DNA of 64,000 nucleotides, taken from positions 123,876,001-123,940,000 of the forward strand of contig OX597817.1 of NCBI GenBank assembly GCA_951406725.2. The letters are read 5' to 3'. Every line of letters begins with the position of its first letter. Position 1 is the first letter of the stretch. Source of the DNA: Octopus vulgaris. Taxonomy: Eukaryota. The notes below the pieces were generated by a model. That model was not told the DNA's origin and did not search any database. It saw only the letters and a list, made by a program, of their open reading frames with translations. This document shows positions 51,561 through 64,000 of this stretch, one piece after another. Both the position numbers and the translations under genes were made by a program.

Positions 51561-52279
51561 TTTACAAAAGAAATAAAAATTTCAAATTCCAGGCTGACAG
51601 TGTGAAAAGGCTGAGATTGTATAAAAATTCAAATTCCTAATTTTGAATTCTAGGCTGATATTGTGTGAAAAGGCCAATATTGTGTAATACTAGAAAAATA
51701 AGGTCTGGTTGTTCTTCGGTGCTACTGGTAAGGTGTAACTCTTTTTATGGGCACTACTGGTAACATGTAACCCAGTACAACCTGTTGTGTGTGCTGGGAC
51801 ATCGAGAAATTGGTGATAACTGGTAGAGGTTGTGTGCTCAGCAGCCAAAGTACCACCAGTAAAATACCTAGCATGTCTCGTGAAAAGACGGCAACTCAGC
51901 AGAAGTCATTGAAGAGTTTTGCTAGAGACTGGTAAGAGTCGGTGTGTTAGTTCCATGTTGAACTCACACTGAACATGTAAGCTGCTGTAATGGTAGTTGT
52001 TTGAATTAATGTGTGTTGGTCCCGTTGCTAGAATGTTGTAAGGGTTTAATTCCCTTGCTCACAATATATCAGATGCAACTGTGCAGTGTTAACCAGCTAG
52101 AGTAGATGTCTTCTTGGGGTTAAAAAATTGCACTAAAATCCGTTTGAATGAAAAAAAAAAGTACTAACAAGAGTGCAGTGTGCAAAATGAACAACTCTAC
52201 CTACAAGTTGGGTAATATAAAAGTGACAACGTAAAAATAAATAAAAATAATAATATTAACTTCCAACAGAAGTCAATCT

Positions 52280-52450
52280 TAAAAGGGGAGATGTGGCAAG
52301 AGTCATTGACACCCCTGGGTGATGGGAAGAATGGACTAGCCTAACTCTTATAAAGAGTTGTTACAGTGAGTGATTTGGTAGTCTTGCAAAGTATATCATG
52401 TGAACACATTGATTAAACCTCCACTACATAATTTATCTATACCAACTTGT
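52280..52450 (+). mobile_element. possible polypurine tract and start of an LTR
   Basis: TAAAAGGGGAGA immediately followed by TGT (52292), downstream of and on the same strand as the gag remnant; no second LTR found. Confidence 0.35.
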
Positions 52451-52567
52451 GGCAGGATATATAAAAAAGAAAAGGTGGAGGTAATGTAGGAGGAGTATGA
52501 CATGTGTTATACAATTGAGAAAGAAAGGAATTTTTATTCAAGGGAGTGAACTCAAGAAATAATTTAA

Positions 52568-52788
52568 CCCTTTCGATACCGACCCAGCTGAAACTGCCTC
52601 TGGCTCTATAGTACAAATGTCTTGTTTTCATAAGTTTTGAGTTAAAATCTTCTTCCAAACTTTAGTCACAGTTTATGTTCCTAACACCAGCTTAAGGATA
52701 ACTAAGTTATTTTACTAAATTCTTTCTTATATATAAATTAATTGAAAGAAACACAGAGCATCTCAAAATAAATACAGTAATGAAAGGG
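52568..52788. mobile_element. piggyBac-type (TTAA) MITE
   Basis: TTAA-CCCTTTCGATAC...GTAATGAAAGGG-TTAA; 221 bp. Confidence 0.88.
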
Positions 52789-53329
52789 TTAAAGGTAAAA
52801 TGACAAGGTGAAGTAGAAAGATCAGTAGACAAGAAGGTGAAAGGAAAGGTTAAGGAACCAGGTAAAGAAAGTAATCTATTCAATAATGAAGAAAGCTAGC
52901 TGTTAATTAGTTATGTGTATATAACCTTTACTAAAAATAGCAATTATGAAAATTTACAATACCTAGAAAATTCTTAAAAAGTCAAATTTCATATATTTTA
53001 ATCAAAGTATGGCCTTAAAATTTCTTTCAATACTGAAGATTTCTACTACATAATTTAATCAGATAACTATTTTTTATTCCCTATGGTAGAGTCAGCATTT
53101 TTAATCTTATTCCTTCAACATTTTGTCTTTCCTTGCTCACTCCATTTATATCCCATTTTTTGTACTCTGCTTTTTAGCAAAACTCTCTTTCACTGTCTTC
53201 CCAAATCTTTGTTCACCACCACTATTCCTATTATTCTTTTAATTTCTCTCAATCTTATCCTCATTCTTTTTTCAATGTCTTATACCTTTTACACTTTATC
53301 TCTTGTCTCTCTCTCTCTCTTATTCATTT

Positions 53330-53742
53330 ACTCTTTACTCTTTACTCTTTTACTTGTTTCAATCATTTGACTGCGGCCATGCTGGAGCACCGCCTTTAAT
53401 CGACCAACTCGACCCCGGGACTTATTCTTTTGTAAGCCCAGTACTTATTCTATTAGTCTCTTTTGCCGAACCGCTAAGTAACGGAGACATGAACACACCA
53501 GCATCGGTTGTCAAGCAATGCTAGGGGGACAAACACAGACACACAAACACACATGCATATATATATATATACATATATATGACAGGCTTCTTTCAGTTTC
53601 CATCTACCAAATCCACTCACAAGGCTTTGGTCAGCCCAAGGCTATATTAGAAGACACTTGCCCAAGGTGCCACGCAGTGGGACTGAACTCGGAACCATGT
53701 GGTTGGTAAACAAGCTACTTACCACACAGCCACTCCTGCGCC
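53330..53742 (-). mobile_element. SINE family B, full length and little diverged
   Basis: Head GGCGCAGGAGTGGCTGTGTGGTAAG, CpGs retained, (TAAAAGAG)n tail. Confidence 0.92.
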
Positions 53743-54019
53743 TATTTATTGAAAAATAAAATATATTTGCAGAGAAATATATATTTTTGCACATTTCACC
53801 AAATATAAGGTGTATATAATGCATATGAGAATATGATATTCAAAAGTAAAATATTTCATTTCATACACAAGTCACAGTTGCTTATAGTTTTCTACTTTTC
53901 ATTATCTGCTATTTGTATTAATTCTTTAAACTATTTTCCTTTATTATCCTTTATAATTATTATATATTTCCATCTTTTCCTCAAATCACATTTAGCTACA
54001 TTGGTCATTGTTTACAGAT

Positions 54020-54404
54020 CATCATCATCATCATCATCATTTAATGTCTGCTTTCCATGCTGGCATGGGTTGGACGATTTGACTGAGGACTGGCGAGCCA
54101 GATGGATGCACCAGGATCCAATCCGATCTGGCAGAGTTTCTACAGGTGGATGCCATTCCTAATGCCAACCACTCCAATAGTGTAGTGGGTGCTTTTACAT
54201 GCCACCAGCACGAGGGCCAGTCAAGTGTTTTTTATGTGCCACCTGCACAGGAACCAGTCCAGCGGCACTGGAAATGACCTCACTCAAGTATTGTTTTTCA
54301 CGTGCCACCGGCACAAGTACCGCAAAAGTTAGGTGATACATATTGTGAGTGTGTTTGTGCATGTGTGTGTATACATGTATGTGTGAGTGTATGTGTGGAT
54401 GGAT

Positions 54405-54435
<31 letters not shown>

Positions 54436-54450
54436 AATATATATATATAT

Positions 54451-54509
<59 letters not shown>

Positions 54510-54815
54510 GATATATATATATATATATGTATATATGTGTGTATATATATATACAGGTATATGTATATGGATAGATACATATAGAGAGTGACAGATTGCA
54601 CTGGTGTTAGTGCCATATAAAAAAACCCAGTACACTCTGTAATGTGGTTGGCATTAGGAAGGGTATCCAGCAGTAGAAAGCATGCCAAAACAGAAAATTG
54701 AACCTGGTGCACTTCAGCTTGCCTAGCTCCAGTGAAACCATTCAAGCCATGCGGGCAGAGAAGACAGATGCTAAATGAGGATAATGAAGATGATGATGAT
54801 GATGATGATGATGAT
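54020..54815. mobile_element. two inverted family E fragments around CA/TA/CAT microsatellites
   Basis: 54020-54325 minus and 54595-54815 plus, each ending outward in (GAT)n. Confidence 0.7.
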
Positions 54816-55052
54816 GCACATCACAACTGTTTTATAAAAACAAACATGACATATACGAGTAGGAAACTAACCAAAGGACACTGTGTCCACTAGTAATAAA
54901 AGAACAAATCGTGAATTGAATATAGACCTATATTTCGTCAAGAAAGAAGTGATATGTTAGCATGATTTGGGTATGTAGGGTACAACTTTTATCATAACAC
55001 AAAACCTGTAATGTATATATGATTTTTATATTTAATTGTTTTTATATATTAC

Positions 55053-55383
55053 AGAGATGTACTTGCATAGCAAGTGATTTGATCTGAGATCATGTGCTGG
55101 AACGAAAACAATTGCAGCGTGGAAGGTGTTTGTAAGCCATTTACGAAACACACAAAAGCCGTTTGATTTACTTCAACATTTAAGTTTAATTTGTCAAAAT
55201 ATTTTCGTCGCTATAAGACCGCGACCTGTTCACTGACAAAAATCCAGCAGAACAGGTCGCGATCTAATAGCGACGAAAAAAAAAATATTTTGACAAATTA
55301 AACTTAAATGTTGAAGTGAATCGAACGGCTTTTGTGTGTTTCTTAAATTGGCTTACAAACACCTTCCATGCTGCAATTGTTTT
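55053..55383. mobile_element. fold-back element with 19-bp flanking direct repeat, PLE-terminus-like
   Basis: Arms 55105-55231 and 55250-55383; AATTGTTTTTATATATTAC at 55034-55052 and 55375-55393. Confidence 0.82.
55190..55240 (-). ncRNA. hammerhead-topology motif with G3:C8 core variant
   Basis: TTTGTCA-GTGAACA-G-GTCGC(GGTCTTATA)GCGAC-GAAA-ATAT-TT-TGACAAA; 7-bp stem I, 5-bp stem II. Confidence 0.58.
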
Positions 55384-55392
55384 TATATATTA

Positions 55393-55830
55393 CGAGCAAA
55401 ATGCCACCCTGTCTAATGGACGGTACTGAGTTGTCATACATTTAAACCAAATTTTCTCAAAACAGTTTGTTTGACCATCCCATAGGCCTCCCCTTTGGGA
55501 AACATTGATTTAATCTAAACTGGAGACACCAGCAAAAGAAGAAATAAAGATAGACTTGTTTTCTATTCCAAAGAGAAACGATTTTATTCACACAAATATG
55601 CAACCGAAGAGTTTAAAGTACCAGTGATAATAAGGCTGTTGACTGGGAGAACACAACGGCTTTATCGATCGCATTCTCACCTGGAATCAATTTTTGTAAT
55701 TTTTCAAGACTTATAGACGCCCTGATACTGTCGGTATCTACATATCTAATTTGAGCGCAATCAGATGGAGGATGCCCGAGACCCTAGAAGACACACACAT
55801 AGAGAGACAGAATGGATTTTATATAATAGA
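55393..55830 (-). mobile_element. probable non-autonomous Helitron
   Basis: Minus strand starts TCTATTATATAA and ends with hairpin ACCGTC...GACAGGGT upstream of CTCG (decayed CTAG). Confidence 0.5.
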
Positions 55831-56364
55831 TTTCTAACATGTGTAATTTTAGGTTATCATAGACATTATTAGCCACTTAATGAAATTTACTATAAATATA
55901 ACTCTTGCTCATTTTAATTAAATTACTCTATAAGTTAGTTTGATATATATTTTCTTAAAATTTATATAATTTGTTTTAGACACTTCTTTTATGGAATCTT
56001 CTTTTGGATTTTAGTAATTTAAGAGTTCTTATATGCAAACAAGTTCATATAAATCTTATAGTATTTCTTTAGACAGTATGTATTCTAGTTTCTTTATATA
56101 AATATAATCTTATAAAAATATAATCTTATATAAATATAATCTTATAGTAGGTTTATATTCCTAAAGACATATATACTCATAACTATTTATTTTTTTAGAA
56201 ATTTGACACATGTAATCTTATATAGAAATTTAAACTTTGCACACATAAATTCATTCTAACTCTGAATAAATTGCCTAAGCCAATCCATTTTACTATCTGC
56301 CTGAATTACACTAAGGTATTATTTCTTTCTTGAACTAATACTATTCATTAACACTTATAATTTA

Positions 56365-56748
56365 CTAGCAGTATCGCCCAGTGTTGCTTGGGTTTGTTTT
56401 GACCCTTTAGAATTAGAATTTTTGAAAAGTAAAAATTTTGCATTATATAGCTTGCTATTCTCTTTAATTGAAGATTTTTCTGGTTGAAATACACCGAAAA
56501 ATGGCGACACAGCAGTAAAAAAATTGTAAAAAATAGGGATTTTCATAGGAAAAAAGCACCTTTTTGATGTAAATAATTTTTGGTGTTAAAATGATTTGAA
56601 TTTTTTCTTCTACGGAAGGAGGAGCAAGCCTTCTATCATACACTTAATTTTGGTCAACTTGCACCGCAGTGTCTCGGAGGAGATAGTGTTAGTTGAAGTC
56701 TACCAAACCTGCCATACACAGACAAATTCAGCTTTATATATAGAGAGA
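56365..56748 (-). mobile_element. non-autonomous Helitron
   Basis: Minus strand: A|TC 5' end, 3' hairpin CCCAAGCAACACTGGG 8 nt before CTAG|T, no TSD. Confidence 0.78.
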
Positions 56749-57261
56749 TTAATAATATTAATAAGGTGGTGAGCTTGTAGAATGATTAACATATCAAGTA
56801 AAAAGTTTAGCAGCATTTTGTCCATCTTTGCATTCTAAGTTCAAATTCTACTGGAGTTGATTTGCCTTTCATCGTTTTAGGGTCGATAAAATAATTTGGT
56901 TGATGTACGAATACTTTTTTCACCCCTAAATATTTATAATTGTATATAAATATCCTTAGTTACTATAATTTATTAGTTTCTTTTGCATATTCTTAGTTTA
57001 TGCATGTGTGTGGAATTATAGTATTGGTATATCCCATTTATTTTCATTAGATATTAAATAAATAAAGAATTTTGACATGTACGAATATTTATTTCCCCCC
57101 AATGTACATACCATAATGATATCCGTGGGGCAGCTGATGATGGAGGTATGTTGGATTGTTGATATGGCTGTGGAATAGAATTGTATCAAATCCTTTTGAT
57201 ATATATGCATATATACATATAGTTATGAATATACATACATACATATATATATATACATACA

Positions 57262-57306
<45 letters not shown>

Positions 57307-57349
57307 ATCAAAGGGGTACGGGTGCCACTATATATATATATATATATAT

Positions 57350-57670
57350 GTAAAAAAATACAAACTGGGACAAGAACGCAAAACATTTGGAAGACGATAC
57401 AAAAAACACGGATGGGACATTCGAAGCCTACAATCTTCAGTCAAGAACTGGATCATCCTCGCAATTTCGGCTGATTAATCTTGAGATTGCTCCGATCTGG
57501 CCAGCCTCAAAGGAAAATCTAAGCCAAGCACATTAGATTCCTTGGAAGAAAGCCTCCAATGTATACAAAACAAGGACGGAAAAAGGGACAATGTTACACG
57601 AATAAGAATACAAAAATATGTAAAAACAATGATGATAATAATAATAACAAAAACAGGACGTCACAGACAG
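57350..57670 (-). mobile_element. dispersed repeat matching 18000-18330
   Basis: Reverse-complement colinearity over ~300 bp; (TA)n flank. Confidence 0.65.
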
Positions 57671-57884
57671 GCGTACATACATACATTAATACTCTCTCAT
57701 ACACACACTCTTCTCATACACACACATACACTCTTATGTTGGAGCGAGGTCATTTAACCCTATTTTGCTCTTGCGTCTCACGCTTGATCTTTGACTTCTG
57801 GCCGAAATCAGATCGCCATGTTGATTCGCTAGCCTCTGCACGCATTTTTTTTCTCTCCTTCTCTCTGTGTTTTTTCTATGTGTA

Positions 57885-57922
57885 TCTTTCTGTTGAAGAG
57901 CGTAGGCTCGAAACGTTAAAGA
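57885..57922 (+). ncRNA. minimal hammerhead-like motif with U at core position 6
   Basis: TCTTT-CTGTTGA-A-GAGC(GTAG)GCTC-GAAA-CGTT-AAAGA; perfect stems I and II, palindromic AACGTT in place of stem III. Confidence 0.58.
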
Positions 57923-58726
57923 CTTGTTTTATTTATATTTCCTGAGCGCCATACTAATACAATTGTTTGTTTGTGTTTGTATTCCACCTGCCTTCGTCTT
58001 TTGTTTATTTCCATAAACCTGCCTTTCGTCTTTTGTCTATTTTCATACATACATATATATATGTATATGTAGCTGGCTGCCTCTGCGTTTCCCTCTACCA
58101 AATTCCACACATGAGGTAAAACTACAGAAGAAGACACTGGCCCAAGTTGCCATACAGTTGATTATCAAACCCACAGCCATGTGTTTGCAAAGGAAACATC
58201 TTAACACTGCGTCTAATAGTCTAGTAGCTTAACCTCATAGCCATTACACAATATTTTACCATTTATGCAGAATATTGCAATGCTTCTGCAGCTTATTCTT
58301 TTGTTTTTCCTTGTTATGTATTCTGTTTTACACTATCTTTGGCATGATTGATATGGAAATCCATCCTTGATCAGGAGATCTTGAATCAAATATTTTGCAG
58401 TCAGGATATATATCATGCTTATGCCAACTGCTCTGTAACTGCCCTATCATTTAAAGATAGTTATCAAGGAAAGATTCAGCGAGCTAAGCTTTCTGGTTGT
58501 TATCATTATTATTATTATTTTTGAGAATAGTCGTTTTTTTTTTTTTGAACAGTTAGAAATTTTGAGAGATAGAATTTGGCTACATAGTAATCAATGAGAG
58601 AAACATGAGAATGTCTTTAAAAAGCATAAAAAAAAAACAAAAAAACAAATGACATTGTTTTTATTTTTACTTTGAACTTGCATACATACGTGTGTGTGTG
58701 TGTGTATAAATATATATATAAGTATG

Positions 58727-58769
<43 letters not shown>

Positions 58770-58929
58770 GTACATATATATTTAGAGATAGAGAGAGAGT
58801 GTGAGTGCTATGTGAGCTAAATAGATAGACCTAAATGTGCACACACACATATATATATATATGTGCATATATGTGTAAACATATGCATATATATACATAA
58901 ACACATATTCGCACAAACATACAGATGTG

Positions 58930-58968
<39 letters not shown>

Positions 58969-59419
58969 TGCACACAAACACAAGCACAGCATGCAAAGAT
59001 ATATAGACATACACACAGACTCACATATAAAGTGAATCCTCCAATTTAATGGAGTAGTAAGAGAGGAGGTTGTATCTGCAAAATCAAAAGCCAGCTAGAA
59101 AGTTTTTTATTGTTTTTAATGTAAAAAGACTTTAATACAATATATTCTGCTGCACAATATAAAATTATTATTTTTAGGAAAGAATATATAAATTTTCCCC
59201 ATCCTTTTTGGCATTGCTATTAAAGAGAATTCTATTCATGAGTATAATAGTATTTCTTCAGTCTTTATTTAGTTTCTAAATGATGGAGTTGAAGTGGGGC
59301 CTCAGGTTCAGACACTTCTGAAATGTGAAGAAATGGAGGCATTTAGCTTAAAGAAAATGTCTAGCGTGTATGTCATCCAGCATTCTTTTTCTTAATTATA
59401 ATAATTCTGAGCTATCAAA

Positions 59420-61570
59420 AATCTTAATAGATAAACTTAGGGTCCAGATATGTCACTATATAACGAAGGGTGTTTATGAGATTCCTCAATTTAGACACTC
59501 TTGGTTGCACTTGCATAACTCTTTTTTCCTTGGTTGTTTCTTTTGCATTTCTCTACAAAACTTTATCTAAAATTTCTTCATGAGTGAGTAATTGATAACT
59601 AGAATCATTTTCATTGTTTTCAAGTCAATCTTTCTGCTGTTTCCAAGTTGCCAACATTCACAAAATTGTGCTGAAATTAGTTTATTTAAAATGCTTCAAA
59701 TACCAAATCAGTTTCAACTTCTTTCCACCGTTTGCCAAAGTCACAGCTGCTTCCCAGCAACTGCCAAGTTATATAAACTGCTGGCTTAATGTTGCAGTCT
59801 CATAGATTTTGAAGTATCCTGGATCCCTTGTATCTTCTGTTTCTTCTTCATCTCACAGCACATTTATCACCATCATCATCATCATCACTATCACCACCAT
59901 CACCACAACCAACAACACCACCACCACCACCACCATCGTCATTTGATTTCCATTTTCCTAACTGGCATAGGTAGGACAGTCTGACAGGAATTGGCAAATC
60001 AGAAGACTGCACCAAGCTTTGCTGTCTGCCTTCTACAGCTGGATACCCTTCTTAATGCCGACCACTTTATAGAGTGTATTGAGTACATTTTATGTAGCAT
60101 CAGCAGTAGTAATGCTACTAAGTAACTAGCAGTACAAGGCCCCTCAACTGGGGTGTGAGAGGTGTATTGAAGGGCAAAAAAATTGTCTTGCATTTGAAGA
60201 GAAACATGGCGACCTTAGGAGGAAAGAGAGATGAGAGAGAGAGAAGATAGTGAAGATGTAATGGGGAGAGAGCAGGAGCCATACACCTAAGTTACAGGGA
60301 GGTGTATATAGTGAAGTGGACCAAGGATTGGACTGGGTGAGTAGATGGGTGAATTCACAAGAATGGGAAAGAAGAGTGGGAGATGATGGTGAGAAATGTT
60401 ATGAACAGGCTCTGAGATTTTTACTAAAAGAATTCTTGTTACATTCTCTTATAACAGTTAATGCTTGAACTATTGGTTGAATAACTGAATATGTGCTAGC
60501 AGACAAAAAGCAAAATAGAGAGAGACGTTTAATTTTACTATCCCTAATAAATTTCTAGCATTATGGTGAGTAGAGGCATTTTTCAAGAAGTGAAAATGCC
60601 TATACATAAATCAGGAAAATCTTCAAAACATCTGCCCAGACATGCTTTTTATCAGTGACAAAATGGTTGCAGACCTTGTCAGAAGAAATCCTTGACAAGT
60701 AAATTATTTGTAATGTCTTCATTTCTTTGATTTTTAAGTACAATTGCTTTTGGATTGTGCAAAATCTTTGGCATTTGCATGTGATGTAGTAGAAATTTAC
60801 TCATTATTTAAAATGGAACCAGGATTCTATGTTCATGCCATAGACCCACTTAATTTCAGGATCATTGTAATAGATGTAAGCTGTTTTAATTGAAATAATG
60901 TAATAAAATAATATCTTAGCCTTAATAAGTCACCTACTCATTTTCAAAATGACTCAGATTTTGTTTACAATGTTATGTCCTTGTCTTAGATGACACAACT
61001 GCCCATCACTGGATAACTTCCTTTAGCATTAAGGGTTTCACATGCAAGTTTCATTTCTTATGCTCTCTATTCTACAACATAAAGCCACTTTCTAAAAACA
61101 CGATAAATAAAACGTCACCCTTTTCAAACCTAGCCAGGCTCATGGACCCGGTTTCCTGGTTTCTGTGATATATGTGTTCCCCACTGCTAAACTGGACGCC
61201 AGTCCATCGCAGCATTAAAAAAAGAAACAACAAAAAAGAGTGAGAGAAAGTTGGAGTGAAAGAGTACAACAGGGGTCGCCACCATGCCCTGCCGGAGCCT
61301 CGTGGAGCTTTAGGTGTTTTCGCTCAATAAACACATACAATCGTAACCATAATCTTTCGACCTCGAGTCCACTGCCCTAACCACTGGGCCATTGTGCCTC
61401 CACATTTTCTAAAAACACATTTGCAATTTACCCTTGATTGATAAATAGCAAATGCATTTTGGTTGTATTATTCTCTACATTTCACAAACATACACTACTA
61501 ATTTATCTATAAACTCTAATTTTCCTGTTATTTATATTTCAGCTCACATACATCCTTTGACACCTCTATC
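59420..61570 (-). mobile_element. highly decayed Tigger/pogo (Jerky-like) transposase, split by later insertions
   Basis: In order on minus: KLEFIDKL, SSDGQLCHLRQGHNIVNK, YYNDPE, LLE/NASTH (LLDNAPAH), FLSASTYSVIQPIVQ (FLPPNTTSLIQPMDQ), CWEAAVTLANGGKKL, NDSSYQLLS/HEEILDKV. Confidence 0.65.
61102..61405 (-). mobile_element. SINE family D with 13-bp TSD
   Basis: TTTCTAAAAACAC at 61089-61101 and 61406-61418; head GGAGGCACAATGGCCCAGTGGTTAGGGC. Confidence 0.88.
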
Positions 61571-61695
61571 ATTTCATAATACTTTAAAATTATAAAGATT
61601 GCAACATTTTTGGAAAATAGTGACAACTTGGATATAGCAGAGGCTGTCGGAAAATATGTCTATTTCATGCTACTAAGAACAAATGGGATATAAAA

Positions 61696-61783
61696 TGCTT
61701 ACTGTCTGATTCGAACCTCTACATATCTACATGCTTACTGTCTGATTCGAACCTCTACATATCTACATATCTACATATCTACA
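61696..61783. repeat. 36-bp tandem duplication followed by (ATATCTAC)n
   Basis: ATGCTTACTGTCTGATTCGAACCTCTACATATCTAC twice. Confidence 0.9.
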
Positions 61784-61789
61784 TTCATG

Positions 61790-61848
<59 letters not shown>

Positions 61849-61944
61849 CTACACATATACATGGACACACTTAGCCATGCTTGCAGATGCATGCAAACAC
61901 ATTTACTTACTCATTTATGTGTGGGCAAATTGTTATGCACATAC

Positions 61945-62167
61945 TCTTTTACTTGTTTCAGTCATTTGACTGTGGTCATGCTGGAGCACCACCTTAAGTC
62001 GAGCAAATCGACCCCAGGACTTATTCTTTGGAAGCTTAGTACTTATTTTATTGGTCTCTTTTGGTGAACCGCTAAGTTACAGGAATGTAAACTCACCAGC
62101 ATCGGTTATCAAGTGATATTGGGGGGACAAACACAGACATACAAACATACTCACACACACATACATA

Positions 62168-62224
<57 letters not shown>

Positions 62225-62352
62225 GATGGGCTTCTTTCAGTTTTCGTCTACCAAATCCACTCACAAGGCTTTGGTCAGCCTGAGGCTACAGTAGAAAACA
62301 CTCACCCAAAGTGCCATGCGGTGGGACTGAACCTACTTACCACACAGTCATG
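61945..62352 (-). mobile_element. SINE family B
   Basis: Colinear with 53330-53742, expanded (TA)n. Confidence 0.88.
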
Positions 62353-63154
62353 CTTTCAAAATATTCTGTACTTCCCTCGACTTTCATTTTCTTTAAACAT
62401 AACATTCACAACTCTTCTCTTTTGTATTAAACCCTCAGCATCAATTCAACAAAGAAGCTCCTACACAGTCACTCAGCATGCTAGAAATAGTATCTAAATC
62501 CTCTAACACAACCTACATTTGTTGACTATTGTTCTGTTCAATGATATCAACAATAGTATAAATGCCTATCTGTCCATGTTCCACGGCAGTCCCTTAATTC
62601 CATAATTCTGATTCCATAATTCTGATGTGTCCCTTTTCCCTCTCTTCTCTCTCATTTTTGGGAAGAATCTCTCTCTATTCACTCTCTTGCACACTCTCTA
62701 CTCTTTCTCTTTCTAATATCTCTTTCTCTCTCTATTTCTATTCTATCTCTCTTTCTACTCTCTCTGTACTATCCCTCACTCACTCTCTCTCTCTCTCTTT
62801 ACTCTTTCTCTTTCATACACATGATATTAGTCAGACAAATTCAAAGTGTTGCTCTCTTGAGGTTTACTGCATGTAAGAAGAATTTGCTCCATTTTGTCTT
62901 GCCAGACAAACACTTTTGAGGGATGAATAAACAGTAAAACTGTCTGAAGATTTTTTGTCTTGACCCCACCTCATCAATTAACAGGTTCAACTTCATGCAA
63001 ACAAAATTTACTTTCCCATATTGCCCAACCATGAAAAGGGCATTAGAAGGTATTGATCTTTATATCAATGCCTAAAAAACAAAATACATCTACAATCAAT
63101 TCATTCAATCAAAACCCTCTAAAAGTTGTTGAATCTTTCCTATAGTTAAGCAAT

Positions 63155-63305
63155 ATTTATTTCTTTATTGCCCACAGGGGAGCTAGACATCGAGGGGACA
63201 AACAAGGACAGACAAAGGGATTAAGTCAATTACATCGGCTCTAGTGCATAACTGGTAATTATTTAATCGACCCTGAAAGGATGAAAGACAAAGTCTTCCT
63301 CGGCC
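63155..63305 (-). mobile_element. SINE family A 3' half
   Basis: TATTTCTTTATTGCCCAC...GGACAAACAAGGACAGACAAAGGGATTAAGTC. Confidence 0.85.
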
Positions 63306-63576
63306 ACAGTAATGTACGTAAAACACGGGTTGTTCTTTATGATACCAGTGTAATCTGCAAGTCATTACTATGAGATGATGTTAAAGAGAGGCTTCTTTTC
63401 CACTGTGGAATTAGTGTGGTTATGGGTCTTCTGCATGGACACTCTTACAATACTTAGAGGCAAGGCTTGTTGGTGCCTACACCTGTCTGTGATGGGATGT
63501 TCTGAACATTTCCTGAATAAAGAATCTGACCATAAGCAGGAACTCGTTAATGATGCTTGACTATCGACACCCTAAA

Positions 63577-63627
<51 letters not shown>

Positions 63628-64000
63628 TATATATGGTTCAATTTTCTCACAAAACCCGTTATCAATTAGCTGTATAGCAAGTTGCCCTTCTTATCTTCAA
63701 ATTCTGTATAGGATTGTGACACATGGTGTGACTGTGTTGAGCAAACCTGAGCTTGCTCAACTCTATATATGTATGCAAGCTTATGTGTGTGTGTGTGCAC
63801 ACGATATGATATATTATCTGATAGCTTTCATGTAATATATGATAATATATTCAAACATCTGATAATTTAAGAGGCAACAGGCTCGGATTGTCAGCTAAAA
63901 GAGAATTGATACAAAACTCAGTGGACTGGTATTTTGGGGGTCATTCAGTTGAGATTTGTTGAATAATACTCTACTTTTATATATTGAGTTTTGTAATCTA

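Noticed and set aside
62840-63560. Possible further Tc1-like remnant on minus (FVWQ/QNGA, KKPL)
   Set aside because: Motifs too fragmentary and no TIRs found

Overview
AT-rich (repeat-dense, microsatellite-laden) eukaryotic non-coding DNA whose repeat content points to a coleoid cephalopod, most likely Octopus (inference from the SINE families, not proven). No intact host protein-coding gene can be supported; nearly all ORFs in the track are microsatellite or SINE artefacts. The window is a stack of transposable-element remnants: about 40 tRNA-derived SINE copies (4-5 families, several with clean TSDs), decayed mariner, Tc1, maT/DD37D-like and Tigger/pogo DNA transposons, TTAA (piggyBac-type) MITEs, non-autonomous Helitrons, CR1, RTE, R4/Dong and L1/Tx1-like LINE fragments, a Gypsy gag fragment and Penelope-like element (PLE) pieces. 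The most interesting signal is RNA-level: six type I hammerhead-ribozyme motifs from five unrelated repeat families, four of them inside fold-back (inverted) structures. They include a tRNA-headed, hammerhead-tailed SINE-like unit arranged as a 640-bp palindrome (3039-3679), a hammerhead with a 21-bp extended stem II tied to a GIY-YIG PLE (10339-10456), and a motif with an apparent compensatory G3:C8 swap in the catalytic core (55190-55240). All folds were read by eye and none has been tested.
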